From a virus (Duplodnaviria; Caudoviricetes), in IMG/VR virus record IMGVR_UViG_3300010401_000038, positions 489-64,488 of that record: a DNA stretch of 64,000 nt; one strand, given 5' to 3'. This document shows, piece by piece, positions 36,250 through 46,800 of the stretch. The stretch's first letter is position 1, and every line of letters starts with the position of its first letter. The position numbers were made by a program, and so were the translations under genes. The notes under the pieces were generated by a model. It was not told where the DNA came from and made no database searches. It saw only the letters and a list, made by a program, of their open reading frames with translations.

Positions 36250-38564
36250 AGCGCGCCGGCTGGGCGATCGCGTGCCTCGCGGCTCTCGTGCTACTCGCCT
36301 TCGTTGCGAGCGGTGACGCGGCGGCGACGCTGTACGCCGCGCGCGACGTGGCGAACAAGTTCCTCAAGGAGCAGTGGTTCTCCCTCGGGATGAAAGTGAG
36401 CCAGATCGTCAGCGACGCCGCCGACGCTGGGCCGCACTACAACGCGGCGATCGACTTCGACAACTCGTTCTCTCCGTCGGCCTCGACGAACCTCGGGCAG
36501 GTCCGCGTGACCGGCGCGATCGCGAACCCGACGACGCCGCTCATCATCGGCGACCAGGCCGGCGGCTCACTCCCGAACGGGACGTACCACGTCACCTACG
36601 CCTGGATCGGCCGCTACTCGAACGGGCTCAACGGCTCGACCCAGGCTCTCGCGGCCGAGGCCATGACGCTGGCCGGAGGTCAGGGCGACCACGTCGTCTC
36701 CGGTACGAACAACACGATGATCTTCACGCTCCCGACCGCGTACCCGACGGGCGCGACGGGGGTCAACTTCTTCTGCGCGCGCGACGGGTTCCTCTCCGGA
36801 GCCCTGAGATTCTGCGGGACGATGAATTACCCGTCGACCTCGCTCTCGATCGTGTCGTACGTCGGCACTATCGTCCCGCCGACGACGAACAATACGACCG
36901 ACATCTATGCGTTCAGGGCGCTCGCCAACGGCTTCGTGTCCTTCCCGCAGCCGGTCGGGATCGGGTCGGGCCTCTCGTTCCGGATCGCCGGTCCGTCTAC
37001 GGTCACCGCGTACAAGGCTGGCCCCTCGTTCGATTACTCTCACGACGATGGCGCGACGTTCTACAGGCTGCGGGACCCGCTGTTCTACATCCCCGTGTGC
37101 GCAGCAGGAGGTCCGACAATCGCGAGCGTCTTCGCGGCGATGGACGGAACCACCCTGCCCGTCCCGACCGCCACCGGGACGATACAGCTCGTCCAGGTCG
37201 GGTCCTGTCAGCAGGAGACCGTCACCTGGAAAAGCTACGTCGACATGCTCGGAATGGGTCCGAACATGCCCCGCGGCTTCACGCCGGTGACGGTGGACTT
37301 CACCAACGTCGTTGACGTGGCGATCAGGGACTTCTCGAACCCACTGTTCATCACGGGGTCCGGAGCCGCGCGCATCCGTTTCGATCGGAGCGCCGTCAGC
37401 GGGTCGCTCACGAACAGCAATGGCATCCTGTTCCGGGCCATCCGGACGGGGTTCACATACCTGACCTCGAGCTACTGCGGCCAGCTCAACGTCAGCGGCG
37501 GGACGTACACGATCGCGGAGAGCGACTTCACCTGCCCCGACCTGGGGGTCGTGGATCCGGCGTCAGCCAACATCCCCCTCGCCATCGGCTCGGAGAGCGG
37601 CGCCGGCGTCGCCACGCCGCAGACGAGCGCCCAGATCGTCAACAACTTCATGCGCCCGAACACACGCACGGGGCCCGGATACGATGGCTGGCTGCGGGTC
37701 TTCGTTGACGCGACTCCGACGCCGAGCATCGTCACCCTGACGGGCAACGACATCCACCTGGACAACGGCGACGCGACGGCCTGCATCGCGGCGGCGCCCG
37801 GCCAGGGAAGCCTCATCGCGATCAACACGGGGGTCGTCGACAGCGCCGGCCTCGTGAAGGTGAAGGGCAGCGGCAACACCCTCTGGGAGAGGTCGTGCGA
37901 GAAGGCGATCATCTGGAGGACGGCGCAGCTCGACCCGGCCAGCGAACTCGAGGTCGTCGGCGGAACGATGTACGCCGAGACCACCGGCACCGGTACCAGC
38001 GGGGTCGACGAGGACGCGCACTGCTACGAGGGGGCGATAGGCGCGCCAGCGAAGCCCACGTTCAAGGGCGGCCAGTGTGTCGTCGTCAACAACAACGGAG
38101 AGGCGCGCCCCTTCTACATGCACGAGGGATGCTGCGGCGCCGGGGAACACCCGATCGTCTACGTCGAGGACTACGACATCCAGACATTGAGCGCGGCGGC
38201 TTCGGCAGGCCAGGGATTCGGGGTGGGTACGTCCTGTGGCTCGGGGACCGGCTGCGACATGTTCGTCTCGCGCACGAGGATCGCGGCCACGCATCCCGGC
38301 GCGACCGGGTGGGTGGGTGACGTCTACCTCGACCCGTTCAGCCCATCTACCTCGAATATCATCCTCACGGACGTCGAGTACGATCCGACGACGACAACGA
38401 CCTCTTTCAGGACGCGGCGTGGTCTCGTCCCGCAGGCCACGGCTCCGCCGACGTGCCAGGTCGGGGATCGATACGAGGACACGAGCGGCGGGGACTGCGT
38501 GTGCACGGCGAGCGGCACGCCGGGCACGTGGACGAACACGCACGGCGTCGGCAACTGCAGCTAG
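36246..38564 (+). CDS. tailspike-like beta-helix protein carrying an N-terminal Sec signal peptide
   Basis: MKRAGWAIACLAALVLLAFVASGDAAA; GGSLPNGTYHVTYAW; C-terminal PPTCQVGDRY...CVCTASGTPGTW; about 18 Cys in mature part. Confidence 0.7.
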   Translation: MKRAGWAIACLAALVLLAFVASGDAAATLYAARDVANKFLKEQWFSLGMKVSQIVSDAADAGPHYNAAIDFDNSFSPSASTNLGQVRVTGAIANPTTPLIIGDQAGGSLPNGTYHVTYAWIGRYSNGLNGSTQALAAEAMTLAGGQGDHVVSGTNNTMIFTLPTAYPTGATGVNFFCARDGFLSGALRFCGTMNYPSTSLSIVSYVGTIVPPTTNNTTDIYAFRALANGFVSFPQPVGIGSGLSFRIAGPSTVTAYKAGPSFDYSHDDGATFYRLRDPLFYIPVCAAGGPTIASVFAAMDGTTLPVPTATGTIQLVQVGSCQQETVTWKSYVDMLGMGPNMPRGFTPVTVDFTNVVDVAIRDFSNPLFITGSGAARIRFDRSAVSGSLTNSNGILFRAIRTGFTYLTSSYCGQLNVSGGTYTIAESDFTCPDLGVVDPASANIPLAIGSESGAGVATPQTSAQIVNNFMRPNTRTGPGYDGWLRVFVDATPTPSIVTLTGNDIHLDNGDATACIAAAPGQGSLIAINTGVVDSAGLVKVKGSGNTLWERSCEKAIIWRTAQLDPASELEVVGGTMYAETTGTGTSGVDEDAHCYEGAIGAPAKPTFKGGQCVVVNNNGEARPFYMHEGCCGAGEHPIVYVEDYDIQTLSAAASAGQGFGVGTSCGSGTGCDMFVSRTRIAATHPGATGWVGDVYLDPFSPSTSNIILTDVEYDPTTTTTSFRTRRGLVPQATAPPTCQVGDRYEDTSGGDCVCTASGTPGTWTNTHGVGNCS

Positions 38565-38576
38565 AAGGGAGGACAG

Positions 38577-38879
38577 GTGGAGATTCCGGATCAGCTTTGG
38601 AACGAGACCCTCATGGGCGCCGGCCAGATTGCCCTCGACCGCGAGCGGCAATTCATGGCCGTGAGGCACCTCACCTTGGAGCTCGAGAAAGAGAAGGAAA
38701 AGGTCGCGTTCCTGGAGGGCCTCCTCGCGCAGAGGGCAGAAGTCGAGATGGAGCTTCGGGATCAGATCAAGAAGGCGACGACCCACGCCTACGTCGTGAA
38801 AACCGGCAGCGAGCCAGCGGCCGTTGAGGGTAGCGCACCGCAGGCACCGGACGCCATCGAGGGCATCCCGGAGGGATAG
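38577..38879 (+). CDS. coiled-coil protein, possible fibre chaperone
   Basis: GGAGGA RBS; heptad pattern. Confidence 0.55.
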   Translation: MEIPDQLWNETLMGAGQIALDRERQFMAVRHLTLELEKEKEKVAFLEGLLAQRAEVEMELRDQIKKATTHAYVVKTGSEPAAVEGSAPQAPDAIEGIPEG

Positions 38880-40873
38880 ATGCGGCCGTTCCCGATTCCG
38901 GTCAGCGAAGGATGCGAGTTCGGCAAGCCACCCGACGCCATCACCAGGGGGGCCTGCCGCGTCGCGCGCAACTCCTTCTACGAGCCGGAGTCGGACACGC
39001 TGCATCAGCTCTGGTGGCGGTCCCAGTTCGGCACGCTGCAGTCGAACCAGACGCCGAAGGGCATCTCGGCCGTGCGCTTCCGGAACGGCAACCGCTTCAT
39101 CGTGGGAGCGGCCGGCAACAAGATCGTCCAGGCCCCGATGGGCGAGACCGGGACGTTCACCGTCCTCAAGACCCTGGCGTCCCAGCTCGGCGACGCGACC
39201 TTCCAGTACAACAACGACGACGACCACCTCTACATCATGGACGGCGTCAACGCGCCGCAGGTGTGGGACGGGGTCTCCGGAGCGACGCGGGATATGGGGC
39301 TCCGCGCGCCGACCTCACCGCTGGTCATCAGCCTCTTGAGCAACGCGCAGACGACCTACGCGATCGGGTCCACCTTCCAGTACCTCATCACGGAGTTCGA
39401 TTCCGTCAACGACGTCGAAAGCGGCCCGGGGCCAGTCGGGGTGACGGCCATCAGTGCGACCGGGCAGACAATCAAGATCGCGCTCCCCGCGAAGCTCAAC
39501 GCGAGCGCCGACACCTTCCGCCTCTACCGCACGCAGGCCGGCGGATCCGTGTGGTTCCGCATGGCTGAGTTCCCCGCGACGCTCTCGTTCTACTACGACG
39601 GCGCCAACACGGACGGCGGGACCCCGGCGCAGCAGAACACCGACCAGTACCCCTTCGTCACGCTCGACGATCTGTTCCTGTCGGCCCTCCCCGTCATGCC
39701 GATGGTCGGGGAGCCACTCCAGAACAACTACGTGACGGTGAACGGGTCCATCCCCATCGGCGACATCGCCCTGTTCTTCCAGGGATGCCTGCTCATCGCC
39801 GGCGTTGACGACTTCCCGCAGCACGTCTACTACAGCCTGCCTGGCCTGCCGGAGTGTTTCAGCCCGGTCTACTTCCTCAACGAGTCGAGCGCGGCGGCGA
39901 GCCGGTGACCGGCCTGGCGATCGCGAACGACAAGCTCGTGACGTTCAACCGCAACCGCATCTCGCGCTATGACCGCATCCCGTTCGTCACTGACCCCGGG
40001 TTCGGGACGGGAGCGACGACGCGCCAGAACGTCGCCGAGGACCACGGCTCGATCGCGAAGCGCGCCGTCGTGCCGTTCAGCGTTGGGTTGCCGAACAGCC
40101 GGTGCTTCTACCTGAGCAACCGCGGCCCGTTCGTGACGGACGCCTATCGCACCATCCCCATCGGCGCCGACCTCGACTGGGACAAGCTGTTCATCAACTA
40201 CGCCGCCATCAGCGGCGCGGTGGCGGTGAACTGGCCGAAGTATCGCGTCATCATCCTGTGCCTCCCCAGCGCCGGGTCGACGGTGAACGACTTCGCCCTC
40301 ATCTACCACTACGACCCGTCGCACGCGAAGCGCGGCGCCGAGATCGGGAAGTGGACCGGCCCCATCGACATCCGGATCGCCTGCGCCGCCGTGAGCCACG
40401 AGGCCGCGCTCGAGACGCGCCTGTTCCTCGGAGACTCGCGGGCCAACGGTCAGGTCTATCTCGAGGACAACGGCGCGACCGACGCTGGTCAGTTCACGAA
40501 CGCGAGCGGCGACGTCAACTGGGAAGTCGAGACGGGCGACGTCCCGATCGGTAGCCCCACCCGCCAGACCTTCCTCGGCAACGCCTTCGTGAGCCTTGAG
40601 GACACCGGCGACTACGACGGAACCTTCCTGACCGCTGTCGACCGATCAGATACGGAGCTCGAGCAGCCGCTCGAGAACCTCACCCCGAACGAGGATTCCA
40701 CGGAGATCGTCGGCACGACCAGCGTCACGCGCAAGAAGGGTCGCACCTACGTCGCCGGCATCTACGAGATGGCGTCGCACCTGCGCGTCCACCTCAAGGC
40801 CAGCGGTCACGGCACGCGCCGCCACGTCGTCAGCATCGAGACCGAGGGAGAGGACCGTGGTCCACGCCGATGA
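38880..40873 (+). CDS. tail nozzle / tail tubular protein B-like, split by an apparent frameshift at about 39884
   Basis: LYIMDGVNAPQVWDG, VYYSLPG.PE.F then GEPVTGLA, FYLSNRG in the -1 frame; beta-propeller-like repeats. Confidence 0.7.
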
Positions 40874-41436
40874 TCCAGCTCCCGCGACCCTACGCGCTCC
40901 CCGTGCACGGCCCTCAGAGCTTCGAGGAGCTGACCAGGCAGATGTCCGCCGTCGACAGCGCGATCATCGACATCCTCGAGAGCCTCAAGCAGATCGCGCA
41001 GTTCGTAAACCGGCAGCTCGCCCTAGCGAGTACTCCGCCGGCGATCGTTTTCGGGACGGTCGCCGGGACCGGGATCAGCCCGCAGTTCGTACGCTCCGAC
41101 GCGACGCTCGCCATCTTCACCACGAGCACACCGGCCGTGCTCGGGGCAGTCGGCGCGACCGGGTCGGCGGCGTTCGCCGCGCGCGTGGACCACGTCCACA
41201 AGTCGGAGACGCCCGGGGATTGGTACGCGAGCGCGAACGGCAAGGGCCTGGTCACGAAGGACGCGCAGGGGACTGCGCGCTACTGGCGGATCAGCGTGAC
41301 CAACGGAACGGGCAACCCGACAGGAGGCGCCACACTGACCGTCAGCTCGCTCGGGAACCTGAGCGCCAGCCGGGACGGTGGCGCAACGGGCAACCTGCTC
41401 ATCCGCATCGACGACGTGGGAACGACGCCTCCGTAG
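40870..41436 (+). CDS. virion protein with fibre-repeat motifs (FVRSD, ARVDHVH)
   Basis: G.S..FAR.DHVH motif; ATGA coupling. Confidence 0.6.
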   Translation: MIQLPRPYALPVHGPQSFEELTRQMSAVDSAIIDILESLKQIAQFVNRQLALASTPPAIVFGTVAGTGISPQFVRSDATLAIFTTSTPAVLGAVGATGSAAFAARVDHVHKSETPGDWYASANGKGLVTKDAQGTARYWRISVTNGTGNPTGGATLTVSSLGNLSASRDGGATGNLLIRIDDVGTTPP

Positions 41437-41444
41437 GCGTCGCC

Positions 41445-41473
41445 TTGCGGGAGAGAGGGCGTCCCGATATGAT
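41445..41473 (+). promoter_or_regulatory. promoter TTGCGG-N17-TATGAT upstream of ejection-protein genes
   Basis: Intergenic; near-consensus -10 with 17-nt spacer. Confidence 0.55.
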
Positions 41474-41512
41474 TCGCACGGACGCGCCGAACCGCGGCGC
41501 TGGGTGGCTCAC

Positions 41513-42790
41513 ATGAACGAGGACTGGGTCTACGATCCCTACTCGGGTCAGATGGTCTACGTCGGCCCCGGCGCACCTGGCGCGGGCGGTGGTGGCGGAG
41601 GCGGCGGTCTCGGATCGACCGGCAGCACTCCAGGCGACCCGGGCCTCGGCGGGATGCCGACCGCGAGCGGCGGGGCGTACTGGGATCCGTTCTCGAACCA
41701 GTGGATCACGCCCGCGCAGCCGTACCCGGCAGGCGTGCCCCAGGGATACCTGATCTGGAATCCATCCCTGAGCCAGTACGTCCTCAACCCGAACTTCACG
41801 GCTGGCGGTCAGCAGAGCGGTCAGGGGGACAGCGGACATCAGGGCGGCACGCAGCAGCCGCCCTTCTACAATCCTGGAGTTCCCGGGGGCACGCTCCCGG
41901 GTGGTGGCGGGGGTGCGACGCCGGGCGGCACGGGCGGTTCCCTAGCGGCGATGATGGGGCTCGTCCCGGCGAACCCGGGGTTCTCGAACACGATGTACTA
42001 CGACCCGAAGACAGGCTACCTCTACGACTCTCAGGGGAAGCCCTACCAGGGGAACGGCCAGTACCACATCTACGACCCGCGCACGCAGAAGTCGACCGCG
42101 ACGACCCAGCCGCCGGCGCCGCTGACCTCGAGCCCCGCGTCGTCCGCGCCAGGGTCGACCCCAACCGGCGGCGTGCCCGGGGCGACGCCCTCGAGCTCCA
42201 GCAGCCCGTGGTCGAAGTACGCGCCGTTCGTCTACGGCGGCCTCAACGCCATCACGGGATACCTCTCGGCGAACGAGGCGAAGAAGGCGAACCAGGCGGC
42301 CATCGACGCGGCGAACAAGAATCGCACCGCGGCGCTCGGATACTCGTCGCCGGCGGAGTACTCGAGCCTCGTCTCGGGGATGGTGCCGTTCTACCGCGGC
42401 CTCTACAAGCCGGCCCTGCTCGACTCGGGTGAGGCGATCGCGCTCTCTGAGCAGGGCAACGAGCAGGCGTTCTCGACCGACGTCGCGCGCCGCGGACTCA
42501 CCGGGTCTGGCATCGACATCGCCGGCCGCAACGCGATCCACGCCGGGCGCACGGCAGCGTACAGCGGCGCGGTGCGCGACTACGAGACGGCCAGCCTCAA
42601 CGCGGCCGACCAGGCGGCGAAGGACGTCTATCACACGCAGGTCACCGCGTCGTCCGGGAACCCCATCCCGTCGGGCTACGCTGGCCCGTCGACGGCCGTC
42701 AACATCGCGGGCGGGCTCATCGGCGGCGCCGGTGCGTACGCGCTCTCGAAGACGCTGCAGAACTACCCGTACCTGTATCCGGGTCAGTGA
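41513..42790 (+). CDS. putative ejection/pilot protein
   Basis: Gly/Pro/Tyr-rich N-terminus; ARRGLTGSGI motif; Gly-rich hydrophobic C-terminus. Confidence 0.7.
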   Translation: MNEDWVYDPYSGQMVYVGPGAPGAGGGGGGGGLGSTGSTPGDPGLGGMPTASGGAYWDPFSNQWITPAQPYPAGVPQGYLIWNPSLSQYVLNPNFTAGGQQSGQGDSGHQGGTQQPPFYNPGVPGGTLPGGGGGATPGGTGGSLAAMMGLVPANPGFSNTMYYDPKTGYLYDSQGKPYQGNGQYHIYDPRTQKSTATTQPPAPLTSSPASSAPGSTPTGGVPGATPSSSSSPWSKYAPFVYGGLNAITGYLSANEAKKANQAAIDAANKNRTAALGYSSPAEYSSLVSGMVPFYRGLYKPALLDSGEAIALSEQGNEQAFSTDVARRGLTGSGIDIAGRNAIHAGRTAAYSGAVRDYETASLNAADQAAKDVYHTQVTASSGNPIPSGYAGPSTAVNIAGGLIGGAGAYALSKTLQNYPYLYPGQ

Positions 42791-42799
42791 GGTAGGCGC

Positions 42800-43891
42800 A
42801 TGGCGCTCCTCCCTGTACAGCCGAACGACCCGCGCTACCCGCAGCCGATCCCGGGTATGCCGCCGATGCCCCCGCTCCCTCCCGCTCCGGTCGTGCCGGG
42901 GGTCGCCGGGCCTCCTGCGTGGGGTGCCATCCCTCCCGGCACTCCAGCCCCGGGGCCGGCCGTCGACTCGCTCCCGTTCGCGAATCCGACGCCCCCCGGG
43001 ATGGCCGCTTCTCCAGCGACGCCCGACCAGCCGCCCTTCGGTGGGACGGAGTACTGGTCGAACGTGATGCGCAAGTACCTCGACGAGATGACGCGCGTCC
43101 AGCCGCCCATCCAGCCGCAGCCGCTCGACAACAGCCAGGTCGCAGCGTTCATGCTCAATCCGTCGATGCGCCCGCAGCTCATGGAGATGTACCACGAGCC
43201 CATGCGCGCGGCGATCGCCAACTCGCGATCGCGCGACGAGATGCTCGGGCGCGCCGTGGGCGGCGCCGGACACATGCTGGCCGCCGCAGGCGAGTACGAG
43301 CAGCGCGCCGCGGAGGACCGCCGCCGCAAGGACGCGCAGGACTACCAGACCGCCCACAGCGCCGCCCTCAACGGCGACGTCAACTTCGATTTCAGCCGCT
43401 TCCCGGAGCTCGCGAGCCTGGCGCACACGAAGGCCGTCCAGTTCGGGACGATCCACGCGCCGGAGGACCGGGTCACGCGACAGGACCGCCTCCGCAAGGA
43501 GTGGGGTGGCCACCTCGACAAGTTGCGCGGCGACATCGACAAGGTGCGCGAGCAGCGCATCCAGCTCGGGCTCAATCCCAACTTCCAGAGCCTCTCGAGC
43601 CTCCTGGTCGGGCAGGACGAGGACGCGAAGAAGTACGCCAAGACGCAGATCGGCGACCTGGCCGACGCGCGCCAGAGTCTCGTCGAACAGGAGGGGCAGC
43701 TCAAGGGCGAGTACGAGTTCGTCGCCCACCTGAGCACGGCGATGGGACCGCACGGCGAGCCGTCGCCCTACGAGAACTTCATCAACCTGTCCGACCCGGA
43801 GCGCCGCAAGATCATGGACGAGTTCGCGCGGGCCCAGGCACGGAAATCCAGCCAAGGTGACGTGGTCCGTGGACCGCTCGCGAGCCCCTGA
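42800..43891 (+). CDS. putative internal virion/ejection protein
   Basis: GAGGT RBS; Pro-rich then helical; position. Confidence 0.65.
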   Translation: MALLPVQPNDPRYPQPIPGMPPMPPLPPAPVVPGVAGPPAWGAIPPGTPAPGPAVDSLPFANPTPPGMAASPATPDQPPFGGTEYWSNVMRKYLDEMTRVQPPIQPQPLDNSQVAAFMLNPSMRPQLMEMYHEPMRAAIANSRSRDEMLGRAVGGAGHMLAAAGEYEQRAAEDRRRKDAQDYQTAHSAALNGDVNFDFSRFPELASLAHTKAVQFGTIHAPEDRVTRQDRLRKEWGGHLDKLRGDIDKVREQRIQLGLNPNFQSLSSLLVGQDEDAKKYAKTQIGDLADARQSLVEQEGQLKGEYEFVAHLSTAMGPHGEPSPYENFINLSDPERRKIMDEFARAQARKSSQGDVVRGPLASP

Positions 43892-46800
43892 TGCCGCCGC
43901 GCGCCGCCGACCCGTTCGAGGCCCTTCGCGGCCAGCTCGGACTGACCGGGGACTCCACCTCCGCCCCGCCTGACGCCGCCCCATCGGGCGACGACCTCGA
44001 GCGCAACTTCGGCCTGCCCCCTGGACTTCTCGACGCCGTGATGGCGAAGGAGTCGGCCGGGGATCCCAACGCGGTGTCTCCGAAGGGCGCGGCCGGCGCC
44101 TACCAGTTCATGCCGGCGACGGCGCGCTCCTACGGGCTCCGGGTCGACCTCGGGAAGGACGAGCGCCTCGACCCGGTGAAAAGCCGGGCGGCCGCGGCCC
44201 GCTATCTCGGAGACCTGCACCGCAAGTACGGCCGTACGGACCTCGCGGTGGCCGCCTATAACGCCGGCGAGCCGGCCGTGGACTCGGCGCGCGGCATCCC
44301 AGACTACCCAGAGACGCAGCAGTACGTCCAGCGCGTGATGGGCCAGCTCGGCGCGCCCGGGGCTCCGGCGCCCGCGCAGACGGCCAGCGACGCGGCGACG
44401 CGGCTGCGCTCACAGCTCGGGCTCGACGCGCCACAGGAACAGCCTGGAACGGACTGGTGGACCCAGGTCGCGGCGGCGCAGCCCCAAGCTGCCAGGCCGG
44501 AGACCGCCGCGGCTCCCGCGCCGCCCGTGCCGGGGCCGGCGACCCCCGACACGGGCGGCTACCAGCCGCCACGCATCACGCCGGGCCCAGGCGGAGACCT
44601 GGCGATGCAGCTCCCCGATCACCCGCCGCAGGGCGAGGTCAACGTGCCGCCGAAGTCGGCCACCGACTACGAGCAGAAGCGCCGCGAGCTCGCGCAGTGG
44701 TGGGAGAGCGGCGGCAAGGCCCTCCCGCCGGACCAGATCCGCCGCCTTGGTCCGGAGTACGCGAAGTACGCCGACTACATCACGGGGAAGGGCGGCCCGA
44801 CGATCGGGCCTCCGCCGGCCGAGTACGACATGACGGGCGGCCAACTCGCGCGCGCCACCGGCGAGCAGGCCGCGGCTGGCGCGCTCGACGTCGTCGCCCC
44901 ATTCGCGCCCAACGCGCCGGATTTCGTGAAGTGGTACCGCCAGGCAGGCCCGACGGGGCCGATCGGCGTCGGCGCCGGGCTCGCCGGAACGCTCGCGGGT
45001 TACATGACCCCCGCCCCCCTGCCGCTCGCCTCGCAGAAGGTGGGGCGCGCTGCGGCGGACCTGATGATCGGGAGCGGCGCAATCAAGGCGGCCAACCAGG
45101 GAGGAAAGGCCCTGTTCGAGGACTCCCTCGACGCGCTGCTCAAGGGCTCCGACGGCCAGGAAGTGCTCGCCGCCGCCGACCGCGCGCGCAAGGCGGCGCA
45201 GGCCGCCGGCCTCAGTGCGGACGAGGCGGAGAGCGCCGCCTCCGTCGCCGCGACCGACCACATCCGCACCGTCGTATCCCCGAAGGCAGCGAAGTTCTCC
45301 GACTCGATGTCGGCCGAGCTGCTCAAGAAGATGTCCGGCCCGGCCCGCGTCTGGGCGGCGAGGAACCTGGTCGAGCCGTCGACCGCTGGCCTGACCGCCG
45401 CGTCCATCGAGTCGGCCGTCGGCGTCGCGCGCGGCGAGATGAAGCCCGACGAGGTCCCTGAGCACCTGGTCGGCACGTCGCTCGGCTTCCTGGTGGCGCA
45501 TCTGGGGTGGCAGGGCATCACGGCGGCCCTCCGTGAGGCCGGCGCCGTTCCGCGCGACTTCGTGGGCCGTGCCCGCCGCGGCCAGGACCTCACCGACGAC
45601 GAGAAAGCCATGCTCGAGCGCCTCATGCAGAGGATCCGTGAAGGGCGTCAGGAGCCGGCCTCCTACGACGTGCCGCCGCAGATGGTTGCAGGCACGCCTC
45701 CACAGGCGCCGACCGGCCCGGTCGCCCCTGGTGAGGCGCTCGAGCGCACCGGACAGGCCCAGGCCCTCGACGCCGTTCTGCGCCCGGTGCGCGAGGCCAA
45801 GGCGCGCGAGGACCTGCGCCAGAAGCTCCTCGCCGAGCGCGCCAGCGACAAGGCCGCCCGGGAAGCCTCCGTGGCCGCCGCGGCGCCGGAGGACGTGTCC
45901 GCCGCGATGGGCCCCCTGCAGGAGCGGGCAAAGTTCTACGTGGAACGTGGGCTCCTGTCCGATGGCGAGGTCCAGGCCGCCGACTCGCCGGACGCCATCG
46001 GGAAACTGCTCGAGACCGCGCAGGCGCGCCGGGCGGAGGAGGAATCGCGAAAGCTCGCCACGATGGCCCAGGACGCACGACTGGCCGGCCAAGGCATCGA
46101 GACGCCACTCCCGACCGCCCCCGAGGCGCCACCGCCCACGCCTGCTCCCACGGGCCCCGTTCCGCAGCCGCCTCCGGTCGAGGAGATGTACATGCCGAGC
46201 CAGAGGGAGCGGTTCTGGATCTCGAGCATCGTGGCGCGCGCCAAGACGGCCGACGAGGCGGTCCAGATGGCGAACGAGCGCCTGACCGCGAAGCCGGGAC
46301 TCGAGAAGTACGTTCGGGGCCGGTTCGCCCTCGGGGCGTCCGCGGCGGCGCGCGCCGGTGGTCTCAAGGAGACGATCGGCAAGGCCAACGCCTCCGAGCG
46401 GGCGCGGCTGGCGGCCGGGGAAAGTCGGACGAAGGTCGCGCGGGACATCGAGGCCCGGGTCGCCGCTGATGCCGCGCACGCCGAGCGCGAGAACCTCCGG
46501 CGCGCCGCGGGGGAGCAGCCGACGGCGATTGGCCGAGCCACGGACCTCGACATCGGGAGGAAGTTCTTCGGGCAGACCGCCGGCACGGTGTCGGCTCCCG
46601 GGGCGCCCCCGCCGGCGGAAACGACCGGAGTCGCACCTTCCCCTCCGCCGCCGGCGGTGGCGCCTCCCGCGCCCGCTCCACCCGCGCCGCTTTCACCGGA
46701 ACCGGCCGTTTCACCGTCCGGTGAAAGCCCCGCTCCGGGTGAAACTCCCGCGCCCGCGGCGCCGCCCGTGAAGGCGGCAAAGCGCACGAAGGAACAGCAG

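Noticed and set aside
39854-39908. Programmed frameshift or natural split in the tail nozzle gene
   Set aside because: No slippery sequence; adding one G at 39884 restores a continuous protein; similar single-base breaks near 4120, 13610 and 16381 point to sequencing indels. A GTGA restart at 39905 cannot be fully excluded.
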